32,227 bases of DNA, from the IMG/VR virus record IMGVR_UViG_3300008255_000316, positions 1 through 32,227 of that record, one strand, 5' to 3'. The position numbers were made by a program, and so were the translations under genes. The DNA is from a virus. Its lineage: Duplodnaviria; Caudoviricetes. Positions within the stretch are counted from its first letter, which is position 1. Each line of letters begins with the position of its first letter. A model generated the notes under the pieces. It was not told where the DNA came from and made no database searches. It saw only the letters and a list, made by a program, of their open reading frames with translations. This document shows positions 9,288-17,857 of the stretch, piece by piece.

Positions 9288-9502
9288 TTCTTGCCGCCTC
9301 CCAGCGCCTTATAGATGGCTTCCTGCATGACACCCACCTCGAAATCCCGCATGATTCGCGCCTCTTCGTAGCGCTCCATCAACTCCTCAAGCCCTGAGTG
9401 TGAAACATCAGCGCCCAGAAACCGCCTGATAAACAGGCGGATTCTGGTAATGCTGACTACAGTTTCCGGCTCTTGACCGTAACGTTGGCCCCGAAGAAAG
9501 GG
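9284..9502 (-). CDS. -1 frame extension of the tail assembly chaperone (gpGT-like)
   Basis: Not in ORF track. Open -1 frame ...SITRIRLFIRRFLGADVSHSGLEELMERYEEARIMRDFEVGVMQEAIYKALGGGKK* whose TGA overlaps the tape-measure GTG. Slippery heptamer C CCT TTC at 9502-9496. Confidence 0.7.
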   Translation of the reverse strand, partial: PFLRGQRYGQEPETVVSITRIRLFIRRFLGADVSHSGLEELMERYEEARIMRDFEVGVMQEAIYKALGGGKK

Positions 9503-9798
9503 CTGATTGCCTCATCAATGAAGCGGCCATAGGCAGCCGGATAGTCCCGCACCTTCTCGATAATCGGGGCCGGATCGGGGTGAACGATCAGGGACTGGAG
9601 GATATTGAGGTTTGCCACCATGGGGCTGCGCTGAGCCGCCTTCTGGTGGGCCTCAATGTCCGCCGTAGTGGGTTTGCGGTAGAGAAACTCTACCTCATGC
9701 AATACATCCGCCTCGTCGTTGAAGGACACGGAACCTTCATACAGGCCGGAAGGGTATTCCTTTTTCAGGTTGTCAAGCTGTTCTTTATCAATCTTCAC
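9457..9798 (-). CDS. Tail assembly chaperone
   Basis: 113 aa between tube and tape measure; Y-R-K-P-T motif; AAGGAG RBS. Confidence 0.8.
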   Translation of the reverse strand: MKIDKEQLDNLKKEYPSGLYEGSVSFNDEADVLHEVEFLYRKPTTADIEAHQKAAQRSPMVANLNILQSLIVHPDPAPIIEKVRDYPAAYGRFIDEAISPFFGANVTVKSRKL

Positions 9799-9829
9799 GC
9801 TCTTGCTCCTTGCGTTTTATTCCCCGGCC

Positions 9830-10264
9830 TTAGTTGGGAATGTAGGCCGGGCGTCCGTTGGTAACGATGGGTGCGGTGAGCACCCCTTTCAACGGGATGT
9901 TCAGGTTCTTGTCTCCCTTGGAGGCGGAAAAGTCCCGCTCGGTAAAATGCACCATCAGAGAGTCTGTCACCGGCTGCTGTCCCAGATGGCCGTAACTGAC
10001 CACAATGGGAATGGGGGGCATGTTGTAGAACCCGCCGTTTGAAGCGGCGTAGGCGTCTACCTTGTCGAACTCGTGACGGGATATTTCAATCTCGCACTCG
10101 CCGGAATACTCACCCCTACCGATACCCACCGGCAGGTTGTGCACCCCGGTGATAACCTCGTCATCTTTTTTGTCCTTGTAGGATATGCTTTCCAGCATCA
10201 CCACCATACCGGTGGGCAGAAGGACTTTTACCGACTCGAAGTCGTAGACGTTTCCGTTAATCAT
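9830..10264 (-). CDS. Tail tube protein
   Basis: 144 aa after sheath; INGNVYDF...ISY....E...G....PVGIGRGEY..E pattern. Confidence 0.85.
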   Translation of the reverse strand: MINGNVYDFESVKVLLPTGMVVMLESISYKDKKDDEVITGVHNLPVGIGRGEYSGECEIEISRHEFDKVDAYAASNGGFYNMPPIPIVVSYGHLGQQPVTDSLMVHFTERDFSASKGDKNLNIPLKGVLTAPIVTNGRPAYIPN

Positions 10265-11673
10265 GCTTCACCTCCCAGGGCCGGATTGCTGAAGGCAATC
10301 TCGTTCTCGATGTACGCAACCTTGCCCAGGGGCACGATGCGCACTTTGGTATTGATTTTCTTGGTGGACAGGATGTTCTGTCCGTCGGGGACAATCACAT
10401 AACCGTCGGAAATTTCGCCGTTGGTTATCATGATTTTCAAAGGATTCTCACTCTGGGCAACGAGCATCTCTATGCCCTCGGGGCTTCCGTCGGCCCCGAC
10501 CTTGACCGCATCGTTCACCCAGACCAACTGGGCGGTGCGAACCTGACGGCAGGCTTTGTCCATAACCCGGCGGCGTTCCACCAGATCGAAGTCGCTGCCT
10601 TCCTCACTCATGATCTGGCCGCTGGTCACGTAGATTCCGGAAAGGCCGATGATGGTTCTGGCGGTCACGTAGCCTGCGTTTTTCAGGCTTTCGATGTGGC
10701 CGTCGTTGATTCCAGCAGGTGCCAGAGCAGTGGCGGCGGTAACCGAACCGTAGCGTACGGCATCAGGGCCCTGGTGAACGTTCCGGGAAGCAAGCTTGCC
10801 ACAGTAAGTTCCAATGAGCCCCCGCACATCCACCTGGCCGGAGGCGTCGGCTTCTTCTATCCATCCGGCACACACCTGCAGCCGGGTGGAGGCCACGGTG
10901 CCTCTCTCGGTAGTCGTCAGGGCGGTTACCCACTCGTCCACCGATTCGGCGGAGGTTTTGTACCGGGCCTGGGCGATGAAAAAGAGATACTGGTAAATCT
11001 CGGCGGCCCCTTCTGCCTTGGTGGCCAGGGCAGCCCAGAGGGCGGCATCGGAGACGCCTGCCACGGCGATCCACTCGATGTCGAGCTTGGCTTCCAGAAT
11101 AGTATCGATGGCCGCCAGGACTTCTGCGTTGCTGGCCGCAGGGGCGGTGGCAGTAAAGGAGAAGGTATCTCCCGCATCGAAAGTCCCTGATACCAGATTA
11201 AACTGGAGGGTAATGCCGGTTCCCGGAATGAGGTAATTGCCGCCGGAATCGGGCACGGTCAGCCGCTTCCCGGCCAGGCCGTCCACGGTAACCCGGAAAG
11301 TTGCCGCGTTGAGTTCTCCGGTGGTAAGAATCTCCACCTTGATGTCGTATTCGTTTCTGGGGTCTCCGGACACGCTTACCGATCCGGCGCCGGTATTCTC
11401 CGCTCCGGGAGTAACTGCGGAAAGGGTTCCTGCGACGGTTCCTTCCAGAGACACGGCGTACACCGTGGTTTTAGCAATGGACAGGGCGCTTACCAGCAGA
11501 TCCCGCAGGGGCCCGTCTCCTATTTTCTCTTCCACCTGGTCGGGGGCGGTAAAGGCCAGAATGCCTTGTCCGTAGAGCCCCCCCACACCGACAGCGGCAA
11601 AGCGTCCGGTGGCATCGGCGCCGAGAACACCCATGGCGCCATCTTTAATGGTATTTTTCACACCTGGTAACAT
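10261..11673 (-). CDS. Tail sheath protein (DUF2586-like)
   Basis: 470 aa; MLPGV..TI.DG..G start, G.GPL, L..AGY.T.R...G..GIYV, SDF..VERRRVMDKA.R, VRIVP.G. Confidence 0.88.
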   Translation of the reverse strand: MLPGVKNTIKDGAMGVLGADATGRFAAVGVGGLYGQGILAFTAPDQVEEKIGDGPLRDLLVSALSIAKTTVYAVSLEGTVAGTLSAVTPGAENTGAGSVSVSGDPRNEYDIKVEILTTGELNAATFRVTVDGLAGKRLTVPDSGGNYLIPGTGITLQFNLVSGTFDAGDTFSFTATAPAASNAEVLAAIDTILEAKLDIEWIAVAGVSDAALWAALATKAEGAAEIYQYLFFIAQARYKTSAESVDEWVTALTTTERGTVASTRLQVCAGWIEEADASGQVDVRGLIGTYCGKLASRNVHQGPDAVRYGSVTAATALAPAGINDGHIESLKNAGYVTARTIIGLSGIYVTSGQIMSEEGSDFDLVERRRVMDKACRQVRTAQLVWVNDAVKVGADGSPEGIEMLVAQSENPLKIMITNGEISDGYVIVPDGQNILSTKKINTKVRIVPLGKVAYIENEIAFSNPALGGEA

Positions 11674-11918
11674 TAGTTTCTACCTCCCATGGGGGCGCTT
11701 AAAAACGCTTTTACAGCATTCTCGAACTCCTCCCGGCTGACCCGCTTTCCGCTGGACCAGTTTGCTTTCTGCATCACCGCCGCCAGAATCGGTGCGGTAA
11801 CCTTTTGTTTCTTTGCATGCTCTTCCACGGTGGGAAGGGCCTTTTTCGGCGCTTCCTTGATTTGCTGTTTTACCTCGGGTTTTACCTCCGGTTTATCAGT
11901 CTTGGTTTGTTCGGCCAT
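11673..11918 (-). CDS. Small conserved phage protein preceding the sheath
   Basis: 81 aa; AAGGAGG RBS; W..GKRVS.EEF..AV..FL..P motif; TAATG overlap with sheath start. Confidence 0.75.
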   Translation of the reverse strand: MAEQTKTDKPEVKPEVKQQIKEAPKKALPTVEEHAKKQKVTAPILAAVMQKANWSSGKRVSREEFENAVKAFLSAPMGGRN

Positions 11919-11935
11919 GATTCCTCCTTGCGCTT

Positions 11936-12442
11936 TTAAGCGCTTTCTTCCGGCTGTACATCGATCTCGTCGATGGTGGGCACAACGCCCTCTTCCAGTG
12001 CCGCCGGGGCGGTAAACCGGATTTCTGCCACCGACAAAAACAGCTTTGCCGTGTTGCCGGTATGATCCGAGTGTTCCTCGGCGGCTATCTCAACAGTCCC
12101 GGCGAAGTCGTCATATTCCCAGCGGCTGGGGATGGCCGGAACAATCCGGGAAAAGAGCTGGTCTGCCATCTCCTCCCCCTTGGCCCAGCAGCGCATCAGG
12201 ATGGGCAGTACCCGGTTCCCCCGTACATAGCGCTGTTTCCAGAACCCGTCGGCATCGTCGTAATACCTGACCGTCCGGGCCTCGGCGCCGTCAAAGGCCC
12301 CGGGGTTTGAGATCAGGGAGACCAGGGGAAACTTGCGGGCCATGATGGCCCGGGACTCTTCCTCCGCAGAGCGCACGACGGTAGCCTCCGGAGACCGGGC
12401 GGCCACCACGGCGGCCAGCAGGTTCTTGGCTTCGGTAATCAT
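11936..12442 (-). CDS. Putative tail terminator / neck protein (Mu gp37 position)
   Basis: 168 aa; overlapping start/stop with upstream gene; call rests mainly on synteny. Confidence 0.55.
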   Translation of the reverse strand: MITEAKNLLAAVVAARSPEATVVRSAEEESRAIMARKFPLVSLISNPGAFDGAEARTVRYYDDADGFWKQRYVRGNRVLPILMRCWAKGEEMADQLFSRIVPAIPSRWEYDDFAGTVEIAAEEHSDHTGNTAKLFLSVAEIRFTAPAALEEGVVPTIDEIDVQPEESA

Positions 12443-12915
12443 GCCTCACCTCCTGCGGCCATGCCGAGTTTTTCCAGTATTGCCGGGTCGTTCAGGATTC
12501 TCCGGTCAAAGTCCGTCGGCACCCCCATGTACGGCCGGGCGGGAATAAGGACTTTCTGTCCTCTTCCGGCCTTGCCGCCTTTCTGGTGGATGCGGGCATA
12601 GACCATGTTTGAACCGTAAATCACCGAACCATCCCCGAAGGCCTCCCAGGAGAGCGACCGCTTGAGCTGCCCTCCTGCGTTCAATATGGGCCGGACAGAG
12701 CCGTTCTTCCGGGGCCGCTTCAGCGGCTTCCAGGGCTGCCCTGTCACCGGGTCTTTTTCTTTCTCGAAGGCCTCTTTGCTGATATAATCCAGCTCGGCCC
12801 CCGCAAAATCGGCTATCGCCTTCAGGTCAGGCATGGCGGCTTTGCTCAAAGCCTGCAAAATGGCCTCAAACTCCCGCTCGTTCCAGGTGACCTCTACTCC
12901 CGCGCCTGCCATCAA
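12439..12915 (-). CDS. Virion morphogenesis protein (Mu gpG / phage tail S family)
   Basis: F..E.DP.TG.PWKPL, IL..GG.L..S, GSN..YARIHQ.GG, IPARPYMG motifs. Confidence 0.9.
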   Translation of the reverse strand: MMAGAGVEVTWNEREFEAILQALSKAAMPDLKAIADFAGAELDYISKEAFEKEKDPVTGQPWKPLKRPRKNGSVRPILNAGGQLKRSLSWEAFGDGSVIYGSNMVYARIHQKGGKAGRGQKVLIPARPYMGVPTDFDRRILNDPAILEKLGMAAGGEA

Positions 12916-13331
12916 TAAGCCTCCAGATCAAGGCGAGCTCTGGAGGATACCTGAACATTCCCGGAGGGAGGCAGAGAGGTTTCCCCCTCTTCCGCATAGC
13001 CGGGAATGCGGTACTTACCTTCGGCCACCTTCTCCAGATAACGCCGGGCGCTTTTGGCCTGCTCGACAATGCCTTTAGAACCGTCGTCATTGGCCATCAG
13101 GCCGTATCCGTTAATCAGGTTCAGTCCGGCAAGGTCGATGGCGTACTTGCGAATATTCGCAGGAGGCGGGTCCAGGGGCACCGGATACCCGCCGGAAAGC
13201 AGGTACCCGTCAATTTCGGCCCCGGCGTTGGCTATGGCCCTGTCCGCGGTATCAGGGTCAAGACGGCTCCAGCCGTTTATGTTGTCTTCGCCAAAGGCGT
13301 TGTACAAATCTTCCACCGTGCAATAGGCCAC
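12912..13331 (-). CDS. Head-tail adaptor, Mu gp36 / DUF1320 family
   Basis: MAYCTVEDL, AI..A.AEIDGYL...Y.VPL, DLA, A.RYLEKVAEGK motifs. Confidence 0.9.
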   Translation of the reverse strand: MAYCTVEDLYNAFGEDNINGWSRLDPDTADRAIANAGAEIDGYLLSGGYPVPLDPPPANIRKYAIDLAGLNLINGYGLMANDDGSKGIVEQAKSARRYLEKVAEGKYRIPGYAEEGETSLPPSGNVQVSSRARLDLEAY

Positions 13332-13359
13332 GCTTTTACCTCCTTATTGGCGAGTGCTC

Positions 13360-14328
13360 TTAGAGCACGTCCTTGATGGTATAGATCAGGTCGGGAGCTA
13401 CCACCAGCTCGGTCACGTCGTGGGCCACCTGCACGTACTCGCCGCCCAGGATTCCGCCGTCTTCCTCTTCCCATGTGCGCACTACATAACCGGTGTTGTC
13501 TGCCTGAGGGTAGTTGACCATCAGGGTCTTTCCGGCGCAGGGCTCGTCCCACACATCGCTGGTGTAGGCCATGACCACGTTGGCACCCCAGATTCCCGAA
13601 AGACTCACGGACTTGGAAGCGTTACGCTTGCCGAAGTCGGCCTTGCCCTTGGCAATGATGACCCGGTCTATGCGGAAAAGCTTGGCGAGGTTCGCCTCGT
13701 CCACCTTCTTGATCAGGTTGGCTTCGCCCAGCTTGTCGATAAGCCGGGGATGGAACTCGATGGCGTCATAGACCGCCTCGGGAATCACCATCAGGTTGGG
13801 CCGGTAGAACAAGTTGGCGATGGCGTCGATGATGGCGCCATAGGGGTCGCCTCCCGCCGAATCACTGGCGGCGGCCCACTTGTTGGTTTTGGCGGTGCCG
13901 GTTCCGCTCAAGGTGGCGGAGCGTCCGGACAGGGCGAAGATGGTTTCGGCGATGCGCTTCTCCTGGGCAAGCTCCAGCTTGCTGGAAAGAAGCTCGGTTT
14001 TCCGCTTTTCCCACAGCTTGAAAGGGCCGTCCATAAAGGACAGGTCTGCTTCGTCGATGAAGCTTTTCAGGCCGTAGCGGCTGGTGGCGTAGTTGGCCAT
14101 TTCGCCGGAAGCGGCAAACTCGTTGGCCCGGCTTCGCTCTCCGGCCATGGTAACGTCGGGAACCTTGAAGGCGGTTTCCGCACTGAATATGGCGTACTTG
14201 CCCGAGGGCTTACCTACAGGAACCCGGGGGAAAATCAGGGGGGCAACAAGCCCCTCCCGAACCTTGGTTGAATGGTCGCTTGCGAGATTACTCAGAAGCG
14301 GGCTGACGTATCCTAATTCTCTAGGCAT
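13360..14328 (-). CDS. Major capsid protein
   Basis: 322 aa; P.LSNLA, A..IFPRVPV...SGKY..F, E.RIA, KW....GDP, RPN.MV, IWG, Y.IKDV; position after protease and decoration genes. Confidence 0.88.
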   Translation of the reverse strand: MPRELGYVSPLLSNLASDHSTKVREGLVAPLIFPRVPVGKPSGKYAIFSAETAFKVPDVTMAGERSRANEFAASGEMANYATSRYGLKSFIDEADLSFMDGPFKLWEKRKTELLSSKLELAQEKRIAETIFALSGRSATLSGTGTAKTNKWAAASDSAGGDPYGAIIDAIANLFYRPNLMVIPEAVYDAIEFHPRLIDKLGEANLIKKVDEANLAKLFRIDRVIIAKGKADFGKRNASKSVSLSGIWGANVVMAYTSDVWDEPCAGKTLMVNYPQADNTGYVVRTWEEEDGGILGGEYVQVAHDVTELVVAPDLIYTIKDVL

Positions 14329-14342
14329 GTTCTAAATCCTCC

Positions 14343-14729
14343 TTATGCCGGTACGGTAACGCTGCCGCGTTCCACGATCATGTCCACGTATTCCCCGGCA
14401 GAACCAGACTGCAGGAAGGTACCCGCCACGGCATGCTGGCCGGCGGCGGTGGTGGTGTTGATAAAAGTCCCGGTGGTGTTTGTCTTCAGGGAAGCCTTGC
14501 TTCCTGCGGTGACGCTTCCGCCCGCCTGTACCTTGGCGATTCCCGACAGGACAATACCCACCTGGTCGCCCGCTTCCTTGGCCAGATTGGCCTCAAAGGG
14601 ATAGACCCCGATAAAGCTGCCGCTTCCCCCGGATCCCGGGGCTTTTACCTGATTTTCCGCCGTGCCCTGAACAACTCCGCATCCGGGGTTGATGGCGCTC
14701 TCGGCGTTATAGGCTCTTCGTTCGCTCAT
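14343..14729 (-). CDS. Capsid decoration/cement protein (DUF2190-like)
   Basis: 128 aa, Gly/Ala-rich; G.A.V.AGG.V.AG, A.G..LQS..AGEYV; lies between protease and capsid. Confidence 0.75.
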   Translation of the reverse strand: MSERRAYNAESAINPGCGVVQGTAENQVKAPGSGGSGSFIGVYPFEANLAKEAGDQVGIVLSGIAKVQAGGSVTAGSKASLKTNTTGTFINTTTAAGQHAVAGTFLQSGSAGEYVDMIVERGSVTVPA

Positions 14730-15703
14730 AACTCTTCTCCTTCTTCAAAAAGTTCAGGGCTTTGGGCATAGAGCCCCTCGGCCGCCTCGGCAAAACTTGC
14801 CAGTTTCTTTTCGGCCTGGAAGGCCTTGATTTTCGCAGTCAGGGCGGGGGTCCCGGCCTGGGCGGCGGGAGCCTTTTTCTTGTCCGCCGCATGGGTACCG
14901 GTCAGATCGACCTTGGTTTCCATCTGGTCGAACAGGGCCCGCATCTGGCTGCGCTCTTCCTCGGGAAGCCGGGCATCCAGTTCCACCGCCTTGTCGAACA
15001 GGGCGGGAGACAGTTTCCCTTCGTCCTTAAGCTTTCCATAGAAGCCCTGCGCCTCGGTTTTCTTCGTGGCGCCCTTGAGCTCGTCGTTTTCCTTGCGGAA
15101 GGCGGCAAGCTGTTCGTTGGTCTTTGCAAGCTCGGCTTGCAGTTTTTCAACTTCACCCATCTTCTCTTCCTCCTGTAGCTGGGTTTGATCCTGCCGTCCT
15201 TCCGACGACAATGTTCCAAATTCCTCCGCGCTCACCCTTCGGGTAAATGCGGCTATGTGCTCTTTTTCGTCCACCGTGTTCATGGTGCCTCCGGACAGAA
15301 GCCCGAAAAGGCTCGGCAGCTTGGTGGTGGATATGGCCGGGGTATCCCGCCCCAGAAGGGCAACCGCCCGTAAATAGGGAGGCTGGCCGAAGTCGATCTT
15401 GTCGAACTCGAATATCTCCGAAGAGACGTAGCGCAGCTTGTTCTCGGCCATGGCCTTCTTGGCCTCGGCGGAAAACTCCGGGATGTCGGCATACACCTTT
15501 CCCGCACCATCCATCCGCAAGGCCTTTACCCAGCCGTGGGCAAACTGGCTCTCGTCGGTATCGGAATAAAACCGGTGGCCGATGACCACCGCCGCCTCGA
15601 TGCCCCGCTCGGGATCGTAGGCGTCCACCATTTTCTGTACCCGCTCCTTGGGCCAATCGCCCTGGGGATACTTGCCGCTCTTAAAAATCATGATTTCAGG
15701 CAT
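14726..15703 (-). CDS. Prohead protease/scaffold (Mu gpI/Z-like)
   Basis: IGH, AHGWV, RYVSSE, L.AVALLG..PAI motifs. C-terminal coiled coil with an internal RBS+ATG (GGAGGAAGAGAAG-ATG, MGEVEKL) like the Mu Z scaffold. Confidence 0.88.
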   Translation of the reverse strand: MPEIMIFKSGKYPQGDWPKERVQKMVDAYDPERGIEAAVVIGHRFYSDTDESQFAHGWVKALRMDGAGKVYADIPEFSAEAKKAMAENKLRYVSSEIFEFDKIDFGQPPYLRAVALLGRDTPAISTTKLPSLFGLLSGGTMNTVDEKEHIAAFTRRVSAEEFGTLSSEGRQDQTQLQEEEKMGEVEKLQAELAKTNEQLAAFRKENDELKGATKKTEAQGFYGKLKDEGKLSPALFDKAVELDARLPEEERSQMRALFDQMETKVDLTGTHAADKKKAPAAQAGTPALTAKIKAFQAEKKLASFAEAAEGLYAQSPELFEEGEEL

Positions 15704-15877
15704 ATTCCACTCCTTTTCTGTCCGACAACGGGAAAACGCTATCTTTAAGGCCTTGGAAACACCCTTTAAATTGCTTTAATTCCCGTTTAAATTTGATTGA
15801 TAGGGGCAAGGTGGTACTTGGACACCTTTTCCCGCTTTCCCGCCCCTCTACGGCCTTCCTCGTGCGTATAGTGTTTT

Positions 15878-16480
15878 TCATATATTACCCCCATACACCA
15901 CCGCAAAGGGTTTCACGTTCCGGCGGTACTCAGCTTCATCCATCCGGCGGTTAAATCCGTTGCCGTCGGGAAAACGGGCAGGCCAGGGATCGTTGAAGAT
16001 GATTTCCCGCTTCTCATCGTCCCACGCTATGGCGGCAATGTAGTGGCCTGGCTGTTTCAGGCAGAGCTGCACCGCCTTACCCTGGCGCAGAAACAGGGCG
16101 ACCTTGTCCATGGCACTTACCCAGATAAAGGTAGCCGCCACACCAAAGACCGCCGAAACCGCCACGGGGTAGAACTGGGGAATCTCGTTGCCGTACCAGT
16201 CCGCCGGGTGGGTTTCGGGCCGGGCCTTCTCCAGTTCCTCGTAGTTGCGGGGGTCGTTGAAAAAGTCCATGAGCACTTCTTCTGCCTGGGGTCTGTAGGC
16301 TCCGGGGCAGGTGATATCCACCTGGTGACCCATGGCGGCTATACAGCCCACGGCGGCGGTGGGGCCGCAGGAAACAAGCCACCCTCCGTCGGAGCGCTTG
16401 CGCAAGATTTCCTCGGTTGGGTTGTTGTGCTGGACGTAATACCGGTTACGGTCGTTCCAGAACTTTGCGCCAGTGATCAT
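15878..16480 (-). CDS. C39-like cysteine peptidase (candidate endolysin)
   Basis: 200 aa; YYVQ...SCGPT, GHYI, FNDPW give the Q/C/H/D papain-like set; AAGGAGG RBS. Confidence 0.8.
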   Translation of the reverse strand: MITGAKFWNDRNRYYVQHNNPTEEILRKRSDGGWLVSCGPTAAVGCIAAMGHQVDITCPGAYRPQAEEVLMDFFNDPRNYEELEKARPETHPADWYGNEIPQFYPVAVSAVFGVAATFIWVSAMDKVALFLRQGKAVQLCLKQPGHYIAAIAWDDEKREIIFNDPWPARFPDGNGFNRRMDEAEYRRNVKPFAVVYGGNI

Positions 16481-16491
16481 TCCCGGCCTCC

Positions 16492-16520
16492 TTGATTTCC
16501 TTCCGAAGAAGGGGTATATT
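16492..16520 (+). promoter_or_regulatory. Sigma70-type promoter, antisense to the late operon
   Basis: TTGATT (16492-16497) - 17 nt - TATATT (16515-16520), directly before a structured RNA. Confidence 0.7.
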
Positions 16521-16525
16521 TACCT

Positions 16526-16629
16526 ATGTGGTGACCGCCAAGGACCCTAATAGAAGCCGGGCCTTGCCGGAGCAATCCGGTCTGGAATGCAGAGGGTTTG
16601 AGTCCCTCCGGGCGGTTACCATACTTTTT
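16526..16629 (+). ncRNA. Structured tRNA-like small RNA antisense to the 3' end of the MuF gene
   Basis: Closing stem TGGTGACCGCC (16529-39) / GGCGGTTACCA (16611-21); hairpin CAAGG-A-CCC...GGG-CCTTG; CCGGA-GCAA-TCCGG GNRA hairpin; T-arm GAGGG-TTTGAGT-CCCTC; T5 run at 16625-29. Confidence 0.7.
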
Positions 16630-17857
16630 CATACGGCAACCCTTCGTGATGATTATCAATCCATCCCATCGTTCGTATCTGCAAGGCTGTGTTCTGATTC
16701 TTCTGTCGGAGAACCACGGTCAAGGCCTTGCCGTCACCAGTGTCTTTCACAAAGTGAAACTCCCTCCCCAGCCGGGGATAGTGGGGCTCGCTGTTTTCAT
16801 AGATTTTTTCAGGGCTTTGAAGGGTCTGATAAAGCTCTTCAAACTGCTCTTTCAAAATCTTCTGAGCGGCTTCCTTGTCTGCCGTCCCATGATATAAATC
16901 GCTATCGGTAGCCATAATTTTCGAGTCCTCAATCCCGGCCTTTCTCATGGCCTGGTATCGCTCGGACTCAAGGTTCCCCACTTGATAGTTAATTTGCTGG
17001 GGCACATAATCCTTTTCATTCATCCGGTCCAGCAGGGTGGCAAACTCACCCTGGGTAAGCCGGGTGTTGTCCATGTCGGCGCGGTAGCGGTCTACCACAT
17101 GCCGCAGGGCGCTTCTGCCGTCGCTCATTCTGGCATTTGCCAGATTGGTGTAGCGGCTGAAGTTCGGAGCCAGGGCTTCCCGTCCCGGGTTGTAGCGCCA
17201 TTCCTCGAGGGTGAACTTGTCCCAGTTCACTGGTGAGCCGTTTGACTCGATCATGGCCGGGGGGTTGCCCGAGGGGCCGGAGGAGACAACTTCCACGCCT
17301 TCCCGTTCTGCCCCCGATTCGCTTAAGGTAACAACCGAACATTCACAGCCCCAGCCGTTGGGCGGGCGGTGGGTGTTCCAGAAGGGGTCGTCGTAGCGCA
17401 GAGCCTTGTCGTGCATGGCCACATGATCCTGTCTGCGGTTCTTTCCCACCAGCTTAGACTTGTACACCCAGATGGGCCGAAGCTCGGCGCCTCGAAGTTG
17501 CTGACGGTACCGGCCCGCCTCATAGGCGGTGCGCATGTTCACGTGGTAGATCAGCTTCGTTCTCCAGTTGATGTACCCTTCATCATCCGGGCCCTTGTCG
17601 GCCCTGCCGTACCAGCCCTTCTTTTCCATCAAGCCCCTAAGGCCCTTCTGGAAGGTTTCGTAGCTCTCGCCCCCGTCCATGGCCTTGTTCATAAGGCCGA
17701 AGATGTCATCCAGCACGGCGGCATCCCGGGAATGGGCGACGGTAAAAGCGTGGGCGTGTTCGCCCCACTTCAAGTCGTCCCAGTCTTCGGTTTCCACCAC
17801 GGCCTTGCGCGAGAGATAGCGCCGGGCCTCTGCCGGATCGGGGATACGGTCAGCCAC
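16616..17857 (-). CDS. MuF/gp30 head morphogenesis protein with C-terminal putative BECR-fold (PBECR-like) RNase domain
   Basis: AFTVA, N.RTAY.AGRY.Q, R..H..MH, DDPFW....PPNGWGCECSV, W.YNPG (MuF domain). Then ~170 aa extension with LYH...L.SPEKIY...FVK...VVLR...IRTM. Confidence 0.85.
   Translation of the reverse strand: MADRIPDPAEARRYLSRKAVVETEDWDDLKWGEHAHAFTVAHSRDAAVLDDIFGLMNKAMDGGESYETFQKGLRGLMEKKGWYGRADKGPDDEGYINWRTKLIYHVNMRTAYEAGRYRQQLRGAELRPIWVYKSKLVGKNRRQDHVAMHDKALRYDDPFWNTHRPPNGWGCECSVVTLSESGAEREGVEVVSSGPSGNPPAMIESNGSPVNWDKFTLEEWRYNPGREALAPNFSRYTNLANARMSDGRSALRHVVDRYRADMDNTRLTQGEFATLLDRMNEKDYVPQQINYQVGNLESERYQAMRKAGIEDSKIMATDSDLYHGTADKEAAQKILKEQFEELYQTLQSPEKIYENSEPHYPRLGREFHFVKDTGDGKALTVVLRQKNQNTALQIRTMGWIDNHHEGLPYEKVW

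Noticed and set aside
15696-15881. 61-aa ORF between peptidase and protease
   Set aside because: AT-rich, low-information spacer that more likely holds the head-operon promoter; coding status unsupported.
16477-16659. 60-aa ORF as MuF immunity protein
   Set aside because: No clear RBS, composition does not look protein-like, and it coincides with the antisense structured RNA and its promoter. Not fully excluded.
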